Assembly (NCBI RefSeq): GCF_000011125.1
Contig: NC_000854.2
Location: 1,637,697 to 1,669,696 of the forward strand
Reading direction: 5' to 3'
Length of the DNA stretch: 32,000 bases
Origin: Aeropyrum pernix K1
Lineage (GTDB): Archaea; Thermoproteota; Thermoprotei_A; Sulfolobales; Acidilobaceae
Part shown: positions 1 to 9,643 of the stretch, in pieces
Numbering within the stretch: position 1 is the first letter of the stretch
Layout of the letters: the number at the start of each line of letters is the position of its first letter
Notes under the pieces: generated by a model
The model's database searches: none
The model's input: only the letters and a program-made list of their open reading frames with translations
What the model was told of the DNA's origin: nothing
Position numbers and translations under genes: made by a program

Positions 1-2
1 GG

Positions 3-728
3 TGTACCCACGCATGTCCCTTCTGTTATGTCGACGCCATAAACAGGAGGTATCCCCGGAGGGGGCTTGAGGACCTCATAACTTCTACAGGCTGGGGAGG
101 CTATCTAGCGGTTCCCACTAACATCTTGGAGGCGATAAAGGAGACGCCGTGGTGGAGGTGGCGGGGTAGGGAGGTTTTCATGAGCAGCGCACACGACCCC
201 TACCTGCCAGCATTGGCTCGGTGGGCCCGGGAGATTCTTAGGAGGGCGCTCCCAGCCGGGCTCAGAATAATACTGCACACTAGGAGTATCCTCTACAAGC
301 GCGATCTAAGGATGTTCGAGCAGTATAGAGATAGGATTAGGATCCACGCCTCCGTGGCTACAATGAGCAGGCTTCACAGGATAATCGAGCCAAGAGCCCC
401 TCCTCCCCGTGTAAGGGTTAGAGTTCTGGCCGAGGCTTCCTCGAGAGGCTTGTCTACAGGAGCCTCCATATCACCTATACTCCCTCCAAACAAGTACAAC
501 CCCGACGTGTACAATGACCTCCTTGCAGTAGCAGAGGCTCTAGCAGAGGCGGGGGTCGAGGTTGTATACGGGGAGAGCCTCCACAAGAGGGGTGATAACG
601 TGATGAGGCTCTCAAGCCTTCTGGGCACGGATTTGAACCTGAGAGGGTGGGACAGGCATGCCGAGAAGCTCTTCTACAGGGCTATCGGAGAGTACGGATT
701 AAGGGGAGTATGGATTCCCGAGTGGTAG
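3..728 (+). CDS. Radical SAM protein, SPL/DNA-repair-photolyase-like, 5'-truncated by window edge
   Basis: The listed ORF starts at 126, but the same frame is open from base 3 and reads CTHACPFCYVDAINRRYPRRGLEDLITSTGWGGYLAVPTNILEAIKET..., giving a CX3CX2C radical SAM cluster motif. The C-terminal part has VLAEASSRGLSTGASISPILPPNK. Confidence 0.75.
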   Translation, partial: CTHACPFCYVDAINRRYPRRGLEDLITSTGWGGYLAVPTNILEAIKETPWWRWRGREVFMSSAHDPYLPALARWAREILRRALPAGLRIILHTRSILYKRDLRMFEQYRDRIRIHASVATMSRLHRIIEPRAPPPRVRVRVLAEASSRGLSTGASISPILPPNKYNPDVYNDLLAVAEALAEAGVEVVYGESLHKRGDNVMRLSSLLGTDLNLRGWDRHAEKLFYRAIGEYGLRGVWIPEW

Positions 729-736
729 CCGGCTTC

Positions 737-1588
737 TCAGGCCTCCTTCACCCCGTTTATGGCCAGTGTGTAGCCAGCCGCCAGCAGGAATAGCGTTAGG
801 ACGGCTAGATAAGCTATCGACATTACCGGATCTTCCAGCGGCTTCCCCACAAGGTAGTATCTCACAAGGTCGGCCGCATGAGTGATCGGGTTTACCTGGG
901 CTACTGTTTTGAGCCAGTTCGGCATGAGGTCTATAGGGAAGAGGGCGCTAGAGCTGAACATGAGTGGTAGGTTGATGAGGTTAGCCAGGGCGAAGAGGAC
1001 CTCCTGGTGGGTTATGTTGAAGGCCATGCCTGTGAATAGGGATGAGAGGCCTAGGCTCATGAGCATGAGCACCAGCCACGCCATTACGAGGTCAATTATG
1101 GTTATACCGGGCTTGAGATGAAGCCCTAGGGGATAGGCTATAGCGAGGAGTATGAGGCTCAGCACGGTTATCCTGAACAGCGTGCCCAGGACCTTGGAGG
1201 CGAATATGCTGAACCTGGGTATGGGGGAGGCGAGAAGCCTGGTTAGATAGCCTATCCTCCTGTCGAAGACGACCCCCACAGCCCCGAACATGCTCTGGAA
1301 GAGGCTGAACACTGCAAGCATACCTGTTGCAACGTATGTAAAGTAGTCTTGCGTCCCAAAAACGCTCTCGAGCCTCCAGGCCATAACAGTCCTGAGAGCC
1401 TCGGCCACCGCCGGATTTAGACTGGGATCGCTTGTTTGGACGAGGTTGTACAGGTTGAAGCTCTTCCCGAAAAGGGCTATCCAGAAGATGGGTGTGATTA
1501 TGCTGACTAGGAGGACCGACCTCCGATTAACCCACTTGATTATTTCCCTCTTCGTTAGGATGAGGGTGGATACGATGATCTCCGCCAT
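737..1588 (-). CDS. ABC-2 type transporter permease
   Basis: 283 aa with several hydrophobic segments; FSLFQSMFGAVGVVFDRRIGYLTRLLASPI and NPITHAADLVRYYLVGKPL are typical of the DrrB/ABC-2 family. Adjacent to an ATPase gene on the same strand. Confidence 0.9.
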   Translation of the reverse strand: MAEIIVSTLILTKREIIKWVNRRSVLLVSIITPIFWIALFGKSFNLYNLVQTSDPSLNPAVAEALRTVMAWRLESVFGTQDYFTYVATGMLAVFSLFQSMFGAVGVVFDRRIGYLTRLLASPIPRFSIFASKVLGTLFRITVLSLILLAIAYPLGLHLKPGITIIDLVMAWLVLMLMSLGLSSLFTGMAFNITHQEVLFALANLINLPLMFSSSALFPIDLMPNWLKTVAQVNPITHAADLVRYYLVGKPLEDPVMSIAYLAVLTLFLLAAGYTLAINGVKEA

Positions 1589-1589
1589 T

Positions 1590-2591
1590 TCACCTCACCC
1601 CCCTGATCATCCTCCTGTACCTGAATGGGTCCAGGGGCTCTTCGCTCCCTCCTAGGGTTCTGCCTGTGAGTTCTATGAAGACGTCTTCGAGCGTCGCCCT
1701 GGTTATGCTGATGGCCTTCACAGGAAAGCCGTTTAGAGCCCTGGCAAGCTCTGGCAACAGAGTGTCAGCCCGGTCTACCCTAACCGCAACCTTGCCCTCC
1801 ACAACGCTGGGTTCAAGGCCTAGTTTCTCTTTCAGTGCGAGTACGAGGGGCTCTGTGTATTCCGGATCCTTCAGCTCGATATAGACTGTCTCTCCCTTAA
1901 CTCTAGCCTTCAGCTCTTCTGGAGTGCCCTCGGCAACGATTCTCCCCCTATCTATGATCGCCACCCTGTCTGAGAGCATCTCAGCCTCCTCCATGTAGTG
2001 TGTGGTTAGTAGTATGGTCACGGCGCTCCTTTTGAGGTCCTCGATATACCTCCACAGGCTTCTCCTCGAGTGGACGTCGAGGCCCAGGGTGGGCTCGTCC
2101 AGGAAGAGGACCTTAGGGCTGTGGACGAGGCTCATTGCTATCTCAAGCTTTCTCCTCATACCACCGCTGTATGTAGCCACCCTCCTGTGAGCCGCCTCCA
2201 TAAGGTCGAGATAATCGAGGACCTCCCTAGTCCTCTCCCTTGCCTCGCTCGATGGCAGGCCGTAGAGCCTCGCCTGTATATACACGTTGTCCCAGCCGCT
2301 CATCTCATCATCAGCTGTCAGGTCCTGAGGGACTAGGCCTATGACCCTCCTAACATTTCCCGGCTCCCTCACTATACTGTAGCCAGCTATCCAAGCCTCG
2401 CCGCTTGTCGGCCTCAGGAGGGTACTCAGCATCTTTATAGTGGTAGTCTTGCCTGCGCCGTTAGGGCCTAGGAGGGAGAACAGCTCTCCCCTGGCTATCC
2501 TAAAGCTCACTCCGTCAACCGCCCTGAAGCCGCCATAATCTTTCACAAGCTCCTCAGCCACTACCATAGCTTCGCTTTCCAACGCGTTCAC
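1590..2591 (-). CDS. ABC transporter ATP-binding protein (DrrA-like)
   Basis: Walker A GPNGAGKTT, signature YSGGMRRKLEIAMSL, Walker B VLFLDEPTLGLD, H-loop TTHYMEEAE. Confidence 0.95.
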   Translation of the reverse strand: MNALESEAMVVAEELVKDYGGFRAVDGVSFRIARGELFSLLGPNGAGKTTTIKMLSTLLRPTSGEAWIAGYSIVREPGNVRRVIGLVPQDLTADDEMSGWDNVYIQARLYGLPSSEARERTREVLDYLDLMEAAHRRVATYSGGMRRKLEIAMSLVHSPKVLFLDEPTLGLDVHSRRSLWRYIEDLKRSAVTILLTTHYMEEAEMLSDRVAIIDRGRIVAEGTPEELKARVKGETVYIELKDPEYTEPLVLALKEKLGLEPSVVEGKVAVRVDRADTLLPELARALNGFPVKAISITRATLEDVFIELTGRTLGGSEEPLDPFRYRRMIRGVR

Positions 2592-2766
2592 CTTACTCTA
2601 AACCATAACGAGTATTTCTAAAGTATATATATCTAAACCCAAGATAATATCTTTGGCTGTATGCTGGCTAACACGAGGACCTCGCCCGGGGCGGACCATA
2701 TATTAGTAAGCCTGCTTACATGTAACTATAAGCTGGTTCAACGCAATCCCCTGATGGTGGCAAGTC

Positions 2767-3558
2767 GTGAGGAGGATTGGCCTGGAAGCTCTGGAACGCG
2801 TCCTCTACCCGGTCATACCTGTTGTGGTTACCGCAGAACACCAGGGCCGTGTAGGTGGTATGCTTGCTGCATGGTGGATGCAAGCCTCCTTCACACCCCC
2901 TATCCTGGCGGTGGCTATCGCTCCCGAGAGGTATACGTACAAGCTTGTACGTGAGAGCGGGGTATTCGCTTTCAACCTTCTAGACTTCAAGCTCGTAGAT
3001 AAGGCTCCATTCCTAGGCGACGTGTCTGAGAGGCTACTGCCGGGTAAGATAAGGGAGGCTGGGTTAAACATTGTGAGAGGCGAGGTCCTAGGGGCTCCCC
3101 TGATAGCTGAGGCTTCCGCTGCTGTTGAGCTTGAGCTTGTTGATGTCGTTGAGGCGGGTGACCACGACGTATTCCTAGGTGAGGCGAAGGCTGTTTACAC
3201 CGTCGACGACTTCCGCGGGGGGATGTGGAGCCTGGAAACCTATAGGCCGCTGATGTATCTTGGCAGGACGAGGAGGCCCGGCCCGGTGTACAGGGTATAC
3301 CTCACTCCCCGGGGGTGGGAGAGAAGGGAGATCGAGTTCGCGGGCGGCAAGCTTAAACCACTGGCCGAGAAGAGGGTACGCCTGATCAGCAGGGTAGAGG
3401 AGGCTGTTAAGGCCAGTTCGAGCAGGGAGGAGGCTGTGGACGCCGTAAGAAGAATTCTCTCCGAGGAAGGCCTGGATCCAAGTGACGCGGAGTATCTCGT
3501 TGAGGACGCCCTCCGGAGGGCTAAGAGTTACCGGAGAAGGGGGCAGAGCAGCTCTTAG
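2767..3558 (+). CDS. Flavin reductase-like (FMN-binding) domain protein with C-terminal extension
   Basis: N-terminal ~180 aa resembles flavoprotein oxygenase/flavin reductase-like proteins (LYPVIPVVVTAEHQGRVGGMLAAWWMQASFTPPILAVAIAPERYTYKLVRESGVFAFNLLD). GTG start at 2767. A charged ~70 aa C-terminal tail follows. Confidence 0.8.
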   Translation: MRRIGLEALERVLYPVIPVVVTAEHQGRVGGMLAAWWMQASFTPPILAVAIAPERYTYKLVRESGVFAFNLLDFKLVDKAPFLGDVSERLLPGKIREAGLNIVRGEVLGAPLIAEASAAVELELVDVVEAGDHDVFLGEAKAVYTVDDFRGGMWSLETYRPLMYLGRTRRPGPVYRVYLTPRGWERREIEFAGGKLKPLAEKRVRLISRVEEAVKASSSREEAVDAVRRILSEEGLDPSDAEYLVEDALRRAKSYRRRGQSSS

Positions 3559-3817
3559 GAGTCTTTGGCAGCTTTATTCTGAGGCTCTCTTGCATCGGAA
3601 AGTCTAGCTATGTAACTGTTCCCCCTTTACTCCGTCCGATTTCTATGCTTTATCCCGATCGTGGGGGTCGCGATTGTCCAATTTTTAGCCGCATATTGCG
3701 GTAGCTAACTTGGTTTAAACCTTTCGTTGTAAGCTTGCAAATGTGTGTTTATGGTGGGCGGGTATTAGCGCCGTCCAACACCATATATGCCTTGGTGTAT
3801 GGGGAGTGGGCGTCTCA

Positions 3818-4960
3818 GTGAGGCTAATGTACATGAGGGATGCCGACCCCCACCTCTTCAACCTACCAGCGGTGCTAGCTCATGCGTTCTCCTCAGGGGA
3901 GCTAGACTGGTTTGAACCGCTACTCATGGTTATGGAAGGGTTTAGCAGGCCCTTCACCTACATGGGCTATTATCAGGATGTCGACAGGGAGGTAGACCTT
4001 TCAAGCATGGAGAAGTATGGCGTGGAGCTTGTTAGGAGGTGGAAGCTAGGTTATGGAAACATTTTCATGGACCGTGTAACAGGCGCCTGGGCTCTAGCGA
4101 TGCCATCCCCCCTTTACCAGGAGTTCTTTAAAACCGCCAACGAAGCCTTCGACATACTTGTCGGCAGGGTGTTTCTCGATACAGTTAGGAAGCTTGGAGT
4201 GGAGAACTCGTACTACGCTCCTCCCAACGACATTAGGGTTAGGATAGACGAGAGTAGGAGCAAGAAGCTGTGCGGCACGGGAGTAGATATAGCCGGCGTG
4301 GGCGGTGATAGGAGCGCACTCTACTTCAACGCGTTTACGAACCTCCGCCACCCCGATCCCGAGCTGCCCTTCAAGGTCCTCAAGATACCCCGGGAGAAGA
4401 TAATAGAGAAGGGGTTCACGGATCCTAGGGAGTACTTTGCTTCTATAGAGGTTGACGGGGGCAGGCCTCCAAAGCCTGGTGAGTTCCGCGATATTCTGGT
4501 GGAGACAGTCAGAGAGGTTATGGGTGTTGAGGTCGTGGAGGCAGGGCTTTCAAAGGAGGAGAAGATTATATGGGATAGGTATAAGGAGATGCTAACGTCC
4601 AGCAGGTTCAAGATGAGGAGGTCCACGAGACTGTTTAAAGCGTCAATGCCGCCCGGTACCCGATACGGCTTTGCCCAGATAAAGTACCGGAAGCTGGTGC
4701 AGGCTTCTGTAGCCGTTGACAGCGAGGGCATTATAAGAGCCGCCATGATCACCGGGGACTTCCAGCTGATACCGGCAGATGCTGACGAGGAGATAGTTAA
4801 GGCTATACTTGGCTTTAAGCACAGCCAGTATGGCGAGGCTGCTGATAGGGTGAGGAGGCTTGTGGATGAGAGGGGGATTATGATAATAGGGGCTAGCGCA
4901 GAGGAGTTTATCAAGCCTGTTTTCTTAGCCGCGGAAAAAGCTTTGGAAGGAGGGGAGTAG
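3818..4960 (+). CDS. Lipoate-protein ligase A-like protein (divergent)
   Basis: BPL/LPL-like architecture: MEGFSRPFTYMGYYQDVDREVD, FNAFTNLRHP...FKVLKIPREKIIEKG, and a C-terminal domain ending ITGDFQLIP. GTG at 3818 is a better start than the track start 3743, which adds a 25-aa atypical leader. Confidence 0.6.
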   Translation: MRLMYMRDADPHLFNLPAVLAHAFSSGELDWFEPLLMVMEGFSRPFTYMGYYQDVDREVDLSSMEKYGVELVRRWKLGYGNIFMDRVTGAWALAMPSPLYQEFFKTANEAFDILVGRVFLDTVRKLGVENSYYAPPNDIRVRIDESRSKKLCGTGVDIAGVGGDRSALYFNAFTNLRHPDPELPFKVLKIPREKIIEKGFTDPREYFASIEVDGGRPPKPGEFRDILVETVREVMGVEVVEAGLSKEEKIIWDRYKEMLTSSRFKMRRSTRLFKASMPPGTRYGFAQIKYRKLVQASVAVDSEGIIRAAMITGDFQLIPADADEEIVKAILGFKHSQYGEAADRVRRLVDERGIMIIGASAEEFIKPVFLAAEKALEGGE

Positions 4961-4976
4961 GGGTAACCCTACGGGT

Positions 4977-6251
4977 CTACCTTGACCATACTCCCTTTTT
5001 AGTGTCAACCGCGTTCTCGGTTTTCGCCACTATAGTAGTCCCCACGAGGTCTCCTGTAACGTTCACCATTGTCCTGCCCATGTCTAGGATGACGTCTATA
5101 CCCGCTATGAGGCCATAGGCTAGAGCTACTGTGGGGTCGGTGAGAGAGAGGCCTAGGGCCTCGAGGACTATGGCTAGCATTATCAATCCCGCCCCGGGGA
5201 CGCCGGCGGTGCCTATGGATGCTAGTGTTGCCGCCAGGATTATCGAGAGCTGCTGGCCTATGGATAGGTCTATCCCGAGGGTGTTTGCTATGAAAAGGGC
5301 TGCTACCGCCTGGTACATGGCCGTGCCGTCCATGTTTATTGTGGCGCCGAGGGGGAGTGTGAAGCTGAATATCCTCCTGTCTATTGCCAGCTCCTCCTCC
5401 GCAACCTTCATCGTCACCGGGAGGGTGCCGCTGCTGCTCCTTGTTACGAAGGCCGTCGCCATCGCCTCCAGCGCTCCCTTGAAGAATTTCAACGGGCTGA
5501 AGCCGAAGAGCCTGAGTATCAGCGAGTAGACCCCCAGGACGTGTATGGCTAGGCCTATGTAGAGGGTGATCACGACAACGGCTAGAGGACCTAGGACGCC
5601 TGGGCCGGCTGTGGCCACGACATAGCCTATCAGGGCGAAGACGCCTATGGGAGCGTACTCCAGCACGCCCCTAACGATCTTGTACATGGACTCGGCGAGA
5701 CCGTCGAACACCCTGTAGACAGTCTCGCCGCCGCTCCTTAGCCTGTCGTCCCGCGAGGACCTCAGCAGCGCTACAGCCACTCCCAGGACTATGGCGAAGA
5801 AGATTATCTGCAGCACGTTACCCTCGGCCAGAGCCTTGAATGGGTTCGTGGGCACAATGTTTAGGAGGACCTCGCTAATGGGAGGGGGAGGCTTGACCTG
5901 TATCTCCTTCGCCTCCCCAGCCAGCTCCAGCCCGCGGCCAGGCTGGATTATGTTGGCCACAATGAGCCCGATAGTTATGGCGAAAGCTGTAGTGAACAAG
6001 TAGTAGACGAATATCTTGACGCCAACCCTGCCCAGGAGGCTGGCTGAGATACTCGCGGCACCTACTGCGAGGCTGAAGAACACTATGGGGGCCACTAGCA
6101 TCTTCAGAAGCCTTATAAACAGGTCGCCCAAGGGCTTGAGATCGACCATCACTCCCCCGATAACGATACCAGCAATTATCCCGAGTACGAACCCAACAGC
6201 TATCTTGTATAGAACCGGAATCTCTATGTAACGCCTAAACACTGTTGACAA
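4977..6251 (-). CDS. Dicarboxylate/amino acid:cation symporter (GltPh family)
   Basis: Family signatures [48 protein letters not shown] and [22 protein letters not shown]. Confidence 0.95.
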   Translation of the reverse strand: MSTVFRRYIEIPVLYKIAVGFVLGIIAGIVIGGVMVDLKPLGDLFIRLLKMLVAPIVFFSLAVGAASISASLLGRVGVKIFVYYLFTTAFAITIGLIVANIIQPGRGLELAGEAKEIQVKPPPPISEVLLNIVPTNPFKALAEGNVLQIIFFAIVLGVAVALLRSSRDDRLRSGGETVYRVFDGLAESMYKIVRGVLEYAPIGVFALIGYVVATAGPGVLGPLAVVVITLYIGLAIHVLGVYSLILRLFGFSPLKFFKGALEAMATAFVTRSSSGTLPVTMKVAEEELAIDRRIFSFTLPLGATINMDGTAMYQAVAALFIANTLGIDLSIGQQLSIILAATLASIGTAGVPGAGLIMLAIVLEALGLSLTDPTVALAYGLIAGIDVILDMGRTMVNVTGDLVGTTIVAKTENAVDTKKGVWSR

Positions 6252-6403
6252 GAAAACCCACCCCCGACCTCCGGGCTTAAGAAGCCAGTCATATATATTG
6301 TTCCGGTCATATATATTGTTATTGCAAAGAGGGAGTTTAAACTCGCCCCAGCGACTCCTCTATATTTCTTCGGCCATGCCGTTACCAGGGGTGTTGAGGA
6401 TGG

Positions 6404-7450
6404 GTGTTTGGCGGGATGCCATTTAGGGTCGAGGCTTGGATCCCCATAGGTGATCTCGGGAGCGTCAATGTCTACGCCTTCACAGACGGAGCGTCAACAG
6501 TCCTAGTGGACTCTGGAATGTTCTCGGGGAAGAGCGTCTACACGCTTTTGAAGGGGCTTAGGAGGGTTGGAGTGGACCCTCGCTCGGTGGAGAGGATTGT
6601 AGTTACCCACTACCATGTAGACCATCTCACGGGGGCTGCTATTTTATGTGAGGCTCTGGGGGCGGAGCTTATGCTTGCGCGGGGCGACCTAGAGCTCCTC
6701 CTACGCGTTGGGGTGGAAGAGTATTTCCGAAGGGCCCTAGAGTTGCTAGCCCTAGCCGGGACTCCCAGGGAGGTTCTCGAGGAGATAAAGAGGTACTCGC
6801 CCGCCGTCAGGGTGGCTGAGGCTTATGGTGCTGTGGCAGAGCTGGGCCCAAAGCCTTTGGGGGAGGGTGATATCATTGAGATGCCGGGTCACGGGGATTA
6901 TCTTGTGCTGGAGACTCCTGGCCACACGCCAGGCCACATAGTCCTGGTCTCTCATGGAAAGAGGGAGGTTCTGTTAGGCGATACTGTGCTCCCAGACATA
7001 ACGCCGCACGTGTCCCTGCACAGCATAGATTCCGACCCCCTGGGGAACTACATGTCTAGCCTTTCCAGGATAGCGACTGAGACGGCTGGCTACCTTGGGC
7101 TCCCGGGCCACGGCAACCCTATGAAGGATGTGGCAGCTAGGGCTAGGCAGCTTACGAGGCACCACGTGGAGAGGCTTGAAGAGATTGTATACATACTTAG
7201 CAGGTTGGCTGGCGCGACCGCCTTCGAGGTCGCACAAAGAGTCGGGTGGAGCGTGGCTGGGGGTTGGAGAGGCCTTCCTCCTCTTGGCAAGTATCTCGCC
7301 CTCGGCGAGACTCTTTCACACCTAAGGAGGCTAGAGGTCCTGGGAGTTGTTGAGAGGCTCGAGGTTGAGGGGAAGTTGCGGTGGAGGCTGGCTGTGAACC
7401 CCCTTGATGCCGCCAGCCTTATAAAAGAGAGTTTTAGAGAGAGCGGTTAG
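6404..7450 (+). CDS. MBL-fold metallo-hydrolase
   Basis: VVTHYHVDHLTGAAIL (HxHxDH), ETPGHTPGHIVLVSHGKREVLLGDTVLP, LPGHGNP. The track start is a GTG; ATG 6416 is an alternative. Confidence 0.9.
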   Translation: MFGGMPFRVEAWIPIGDLGSVNVYAFTDGASTVLVDSGMFSGKSVYTLLKGLRRVGVDPRSVERIVVTHYHVDHLTGAAILCEALGAELMLARGDLELLLRVGVEEYFRRALELLALAGTPREVLEEIKRYSPAVRVAEAYGAVAELGPKPLGEGDIIEMPGHGDYLVLETPGHTPGHIVLVSHGKREVLLGDTVLPDITPHVSLHSIDSDPLGNYMSSLSRIATETAGYLGLPGHGNPMKDVAARARQLTRHHVERLEEIVYILSRLAGATAFEVAQRVGWSVAGGWRGLPPLGKYLALGETLSHLRRLEVLGVVERLEVEGKLRWRLAVNPLDAASLIKESFRESG

Positions 7451-7590
7451 AGCGTTAAGACGCTGCCTGGCCGTCGATGCTTAACCTGCTATAAACGTGC
7501 ATCAGGGGTAGAGTCTGCATCAATCAGAACCATTGGTTGCCGGTGAGGACCTCAAAGGGAGACGACTCGCCTGCGACCACCTGTGTCTGC

Positions 7591-8505
7591 TCACTCTTTA
7601 ATGTAGGGGCGGCCTAGCCAGGCTGGCATCCTCGGCTTCCTGAGGGCTACTAGGGTGACTGCAGCCAGTGTTGCTATGTAGGGGATGGTGTTGACCAGGT
7701 TGCTTGCTGCTGTCGCCTCAAGGCTTATGTTGAGGTATATTGCGAGCGCCTCTGAGAAGCCAAACACGTAGCCGCCCAGCAGGGCCGCCAGGGGGTTCCA
7801 GCCGCTGAACGCCACGTTGGCGAGGGCGATGAAGCCCCGGCCCGCCGTCATGTTCTTAGCGAACACCCCCTGGTAGTCTATGCTGAGGTACGCCCCCGCT
7901 AGTCCCGCCATGAGCCCGGCGAACCCCGCTGCAGCTACCTGGTAGAGAGCCACGTTAACCCCCATAGCCTCCGCGCTCCTAGGATCCTCACCACAGGACC
8001 TCAGCCTCAGCCCAGCTATGGTCCTGTATAGGAAGAGCCAAACGATAACCCCGGCGGCGAGGGATAATGGCACCATGGGGCTTATCCTGACACCAGCTAT
8101 CACGAAGCCTGGCATGGGCTCTACAGGGGGGCTGTTCGAGAAAGTACCCCATAGCATGTAGGTTCCAACCACTGTGGCTCCCGCCGAGAAGATGTTCAAC
8201 CCTACACCCGTAACTATCTGATCACCCTTAAGATACACACTCACAACGCCGTGGAGAACGCCTATAGACAGCCCCAAGAGAGCCCCCAAAAGGTAGCCTG
8301 CCAGAGGGCCCCAGCCCGTTAGGATGTAAACGGCCACAGCTGCCCACGCAGACGCAAGCATTATGCCCTCAAGCCCTATGTTCACAATCCCAGCCCTCTC
8401 AGACGCTATCTCACCTATAGACGCTAGTGTTATAGGGACCATGGCTGATGCCGCGAGCAGGGCCAGACTAGTTAAGTCCTCTAGAACAACCTCCACCAGC
8501 GCCAA
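7591..8505 (-). CDS. Nucleoside/sugar-type ABC transporter permease (YufQ-like)
   Basis: LASIGEIASERAGIVNIGLEGIMLASAWAAV and NVALYQVAAAGFAGLMAGLAGAYLSI are hallmarks of BMP-associated permeases. Confidence 0.9.
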   Translation of the reverse strand: MALVEVVLEDLTSLALLAASAMVPITLASIGEIASERAGIVNIGLEGIMLASAWAAVAVYILTGWGPLAGYLLGALLGLSIGVLHGVVSVYLKGDQIVTGVGLNIFSAGATVVGTYMLWGTFSNSPPVEPMPGFVIAGVRISPMVPLSLAAGVIVWLFLYRTIAGLRLRSCGEDPRSAEAMGVNVALYQVAAAGFAGLMAGLAGAYLSIDYQGVFAKNMTAGRGFIALANVAFSGWNPLAALLGGYVFGFSEALAIYLNISLEATAASNLVNTIPYIATLAAVTLVALRKPRMPAWLGRPYIKE

Positions 8506-8512
8506 CAGGCCC

Positions 8513-9643
8513 TCACCCCAGCCTTCCAGCTATAGAGCTGAGCCTCCGCGGTATGCCTGTGTATCTTAGGCCCGAGAGCGCTGCCACGGTGAATATAATC
8601 GCGCCGTTGACAACATCCGCAAGCTCAGCCGGAATCCGGGCAGTGACCTGTATCCTCTCGCTCCCAGACGCCAGGTCTCCCACGAAGAGGCTAGCAGCTA
8701 CTATGCCCAGAGGGTTATTCCTGCCGATAAGGGCTACCCCAATGCCCTCGAAGCCGTAGCCGAAGAGGCCTGAGAGGGTCGAATCTATCCTATAGCTGTG
8801 GCCCAATATTAGGAGGGCGCCGCCCAAGCCCGCCAGGACTCCCGCGGCGGCCATGGAGGCAAGCTTAACTCTACCGACAGCTACACCCCTGCTGGCCGCC
8901 GCATACTCGTTTGCTCCCGCAAACCGGTACCTGAGGCCGGGCACCGTCTTATATATAACTGTCCAGGCGGCCAGCGCCGTGGCAAGCGAGACGAAAACTA
9001 TCATGGGGAACCCTGACCTAAGATGCTCCTGGAGTGGCGGCGGCAGGAGCTCGCTTGGTATCCAGGGAATCCTAGCCTCCAGAGGCACCTCGAGGGTCAG
9101 GTGAGAGTACACGGGGTCCGCCAGATACTCGACGACAATGTACCTGAGGCTCCAGAACGCAATCCAGTTGAGCATTATTGTGCTGAGGACCTCGTTAATG
9201 TTCAGCTTCACCCTGAGGAGGCCGGCGAACAGCCCCATGAGGCCCCCTGCAACAGCAGCAGCCACCAATGCGGGGAGAGGGGTGTAGGGGAGTGTGAGGG
9301 CGGCCACTAGCGCGGCCGCCGCCCCCGCATACAGCTGCCCCTCCGCGCCTATATTGAAGAAACCCATCCTCAGGGGGATCGCGAACGCGAGGGCAGTCAT
9401 AACCAGGATAGAGGACCTCACCAGAAATATCTCCGGATAGTAGATGAAGCTTAGGAGAATGTCGGCCACACCCCTCAGGGGGTCCGCTCCCCCGAGGGCG
9501 AGTACGATAGCCCCCGCTACCAAGCCCAGGCCGACCGCCGCTAGAGTTAAGCTGAGGTCTCCCAGGCTTATGGCAACTGGTAGTCTAGGCACCCATGAGC
9601 ACCCCCAGCTTCTCAGGAGTAGCCTGACTCCTTTCGAGAACAC
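8513..9643 (-). CDS. Nucleoside/sugar-type ABC transporter permease (YufP-like)
   Basis: FFNIGAEGQLYAGA, KLNINEVLSTIMLNWIAFW, GYGFEGIGVALIGRNNPLGI. The start probably lies downstream of 9643, as the track ORF overlaps the ATPase by 59 nt. Confidence 0.9.
   Translation of the reverse strand: MFSKGVRLLLRSWGCSWVPRLPVAISLGDLSLTLAAVGLGLVAGAIVLALGGADPLRGVADILLSFIYYPEIFLVRSSILVMTALAFAIPLRMGFFNIGAEGQLYAGAAAALVAALTLPYTPLPALVAAAVAGGLMGLFAGLLRVKLNINEVLSTIMLNWIAFWSLRYIVVEYLADPVYSHLTLEVPLEARIPWIPSELLPPPLQEHLRSGFPMIVFVSLATALAAWTVIYKTVPGLRYRFAGANEYAAASRGVAVGRVKLASMAAAGVLAGLGGALLILGHSYRIDSTLSGLFGYGFEGIGVALIGRNNPLGIVAASLFVGDLASGSERIQVTARIPAELADVVNGAIIFTVAALSGLRYTGIPRRLSSIAGRLG

Noticed and set aside
4321-4914. 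197-aa minus-strand ORF opposite the lipoate ligase-like gene
   Set aside because: Ser-rich shadow ORF with no domain; the plus strand carries the real gene.
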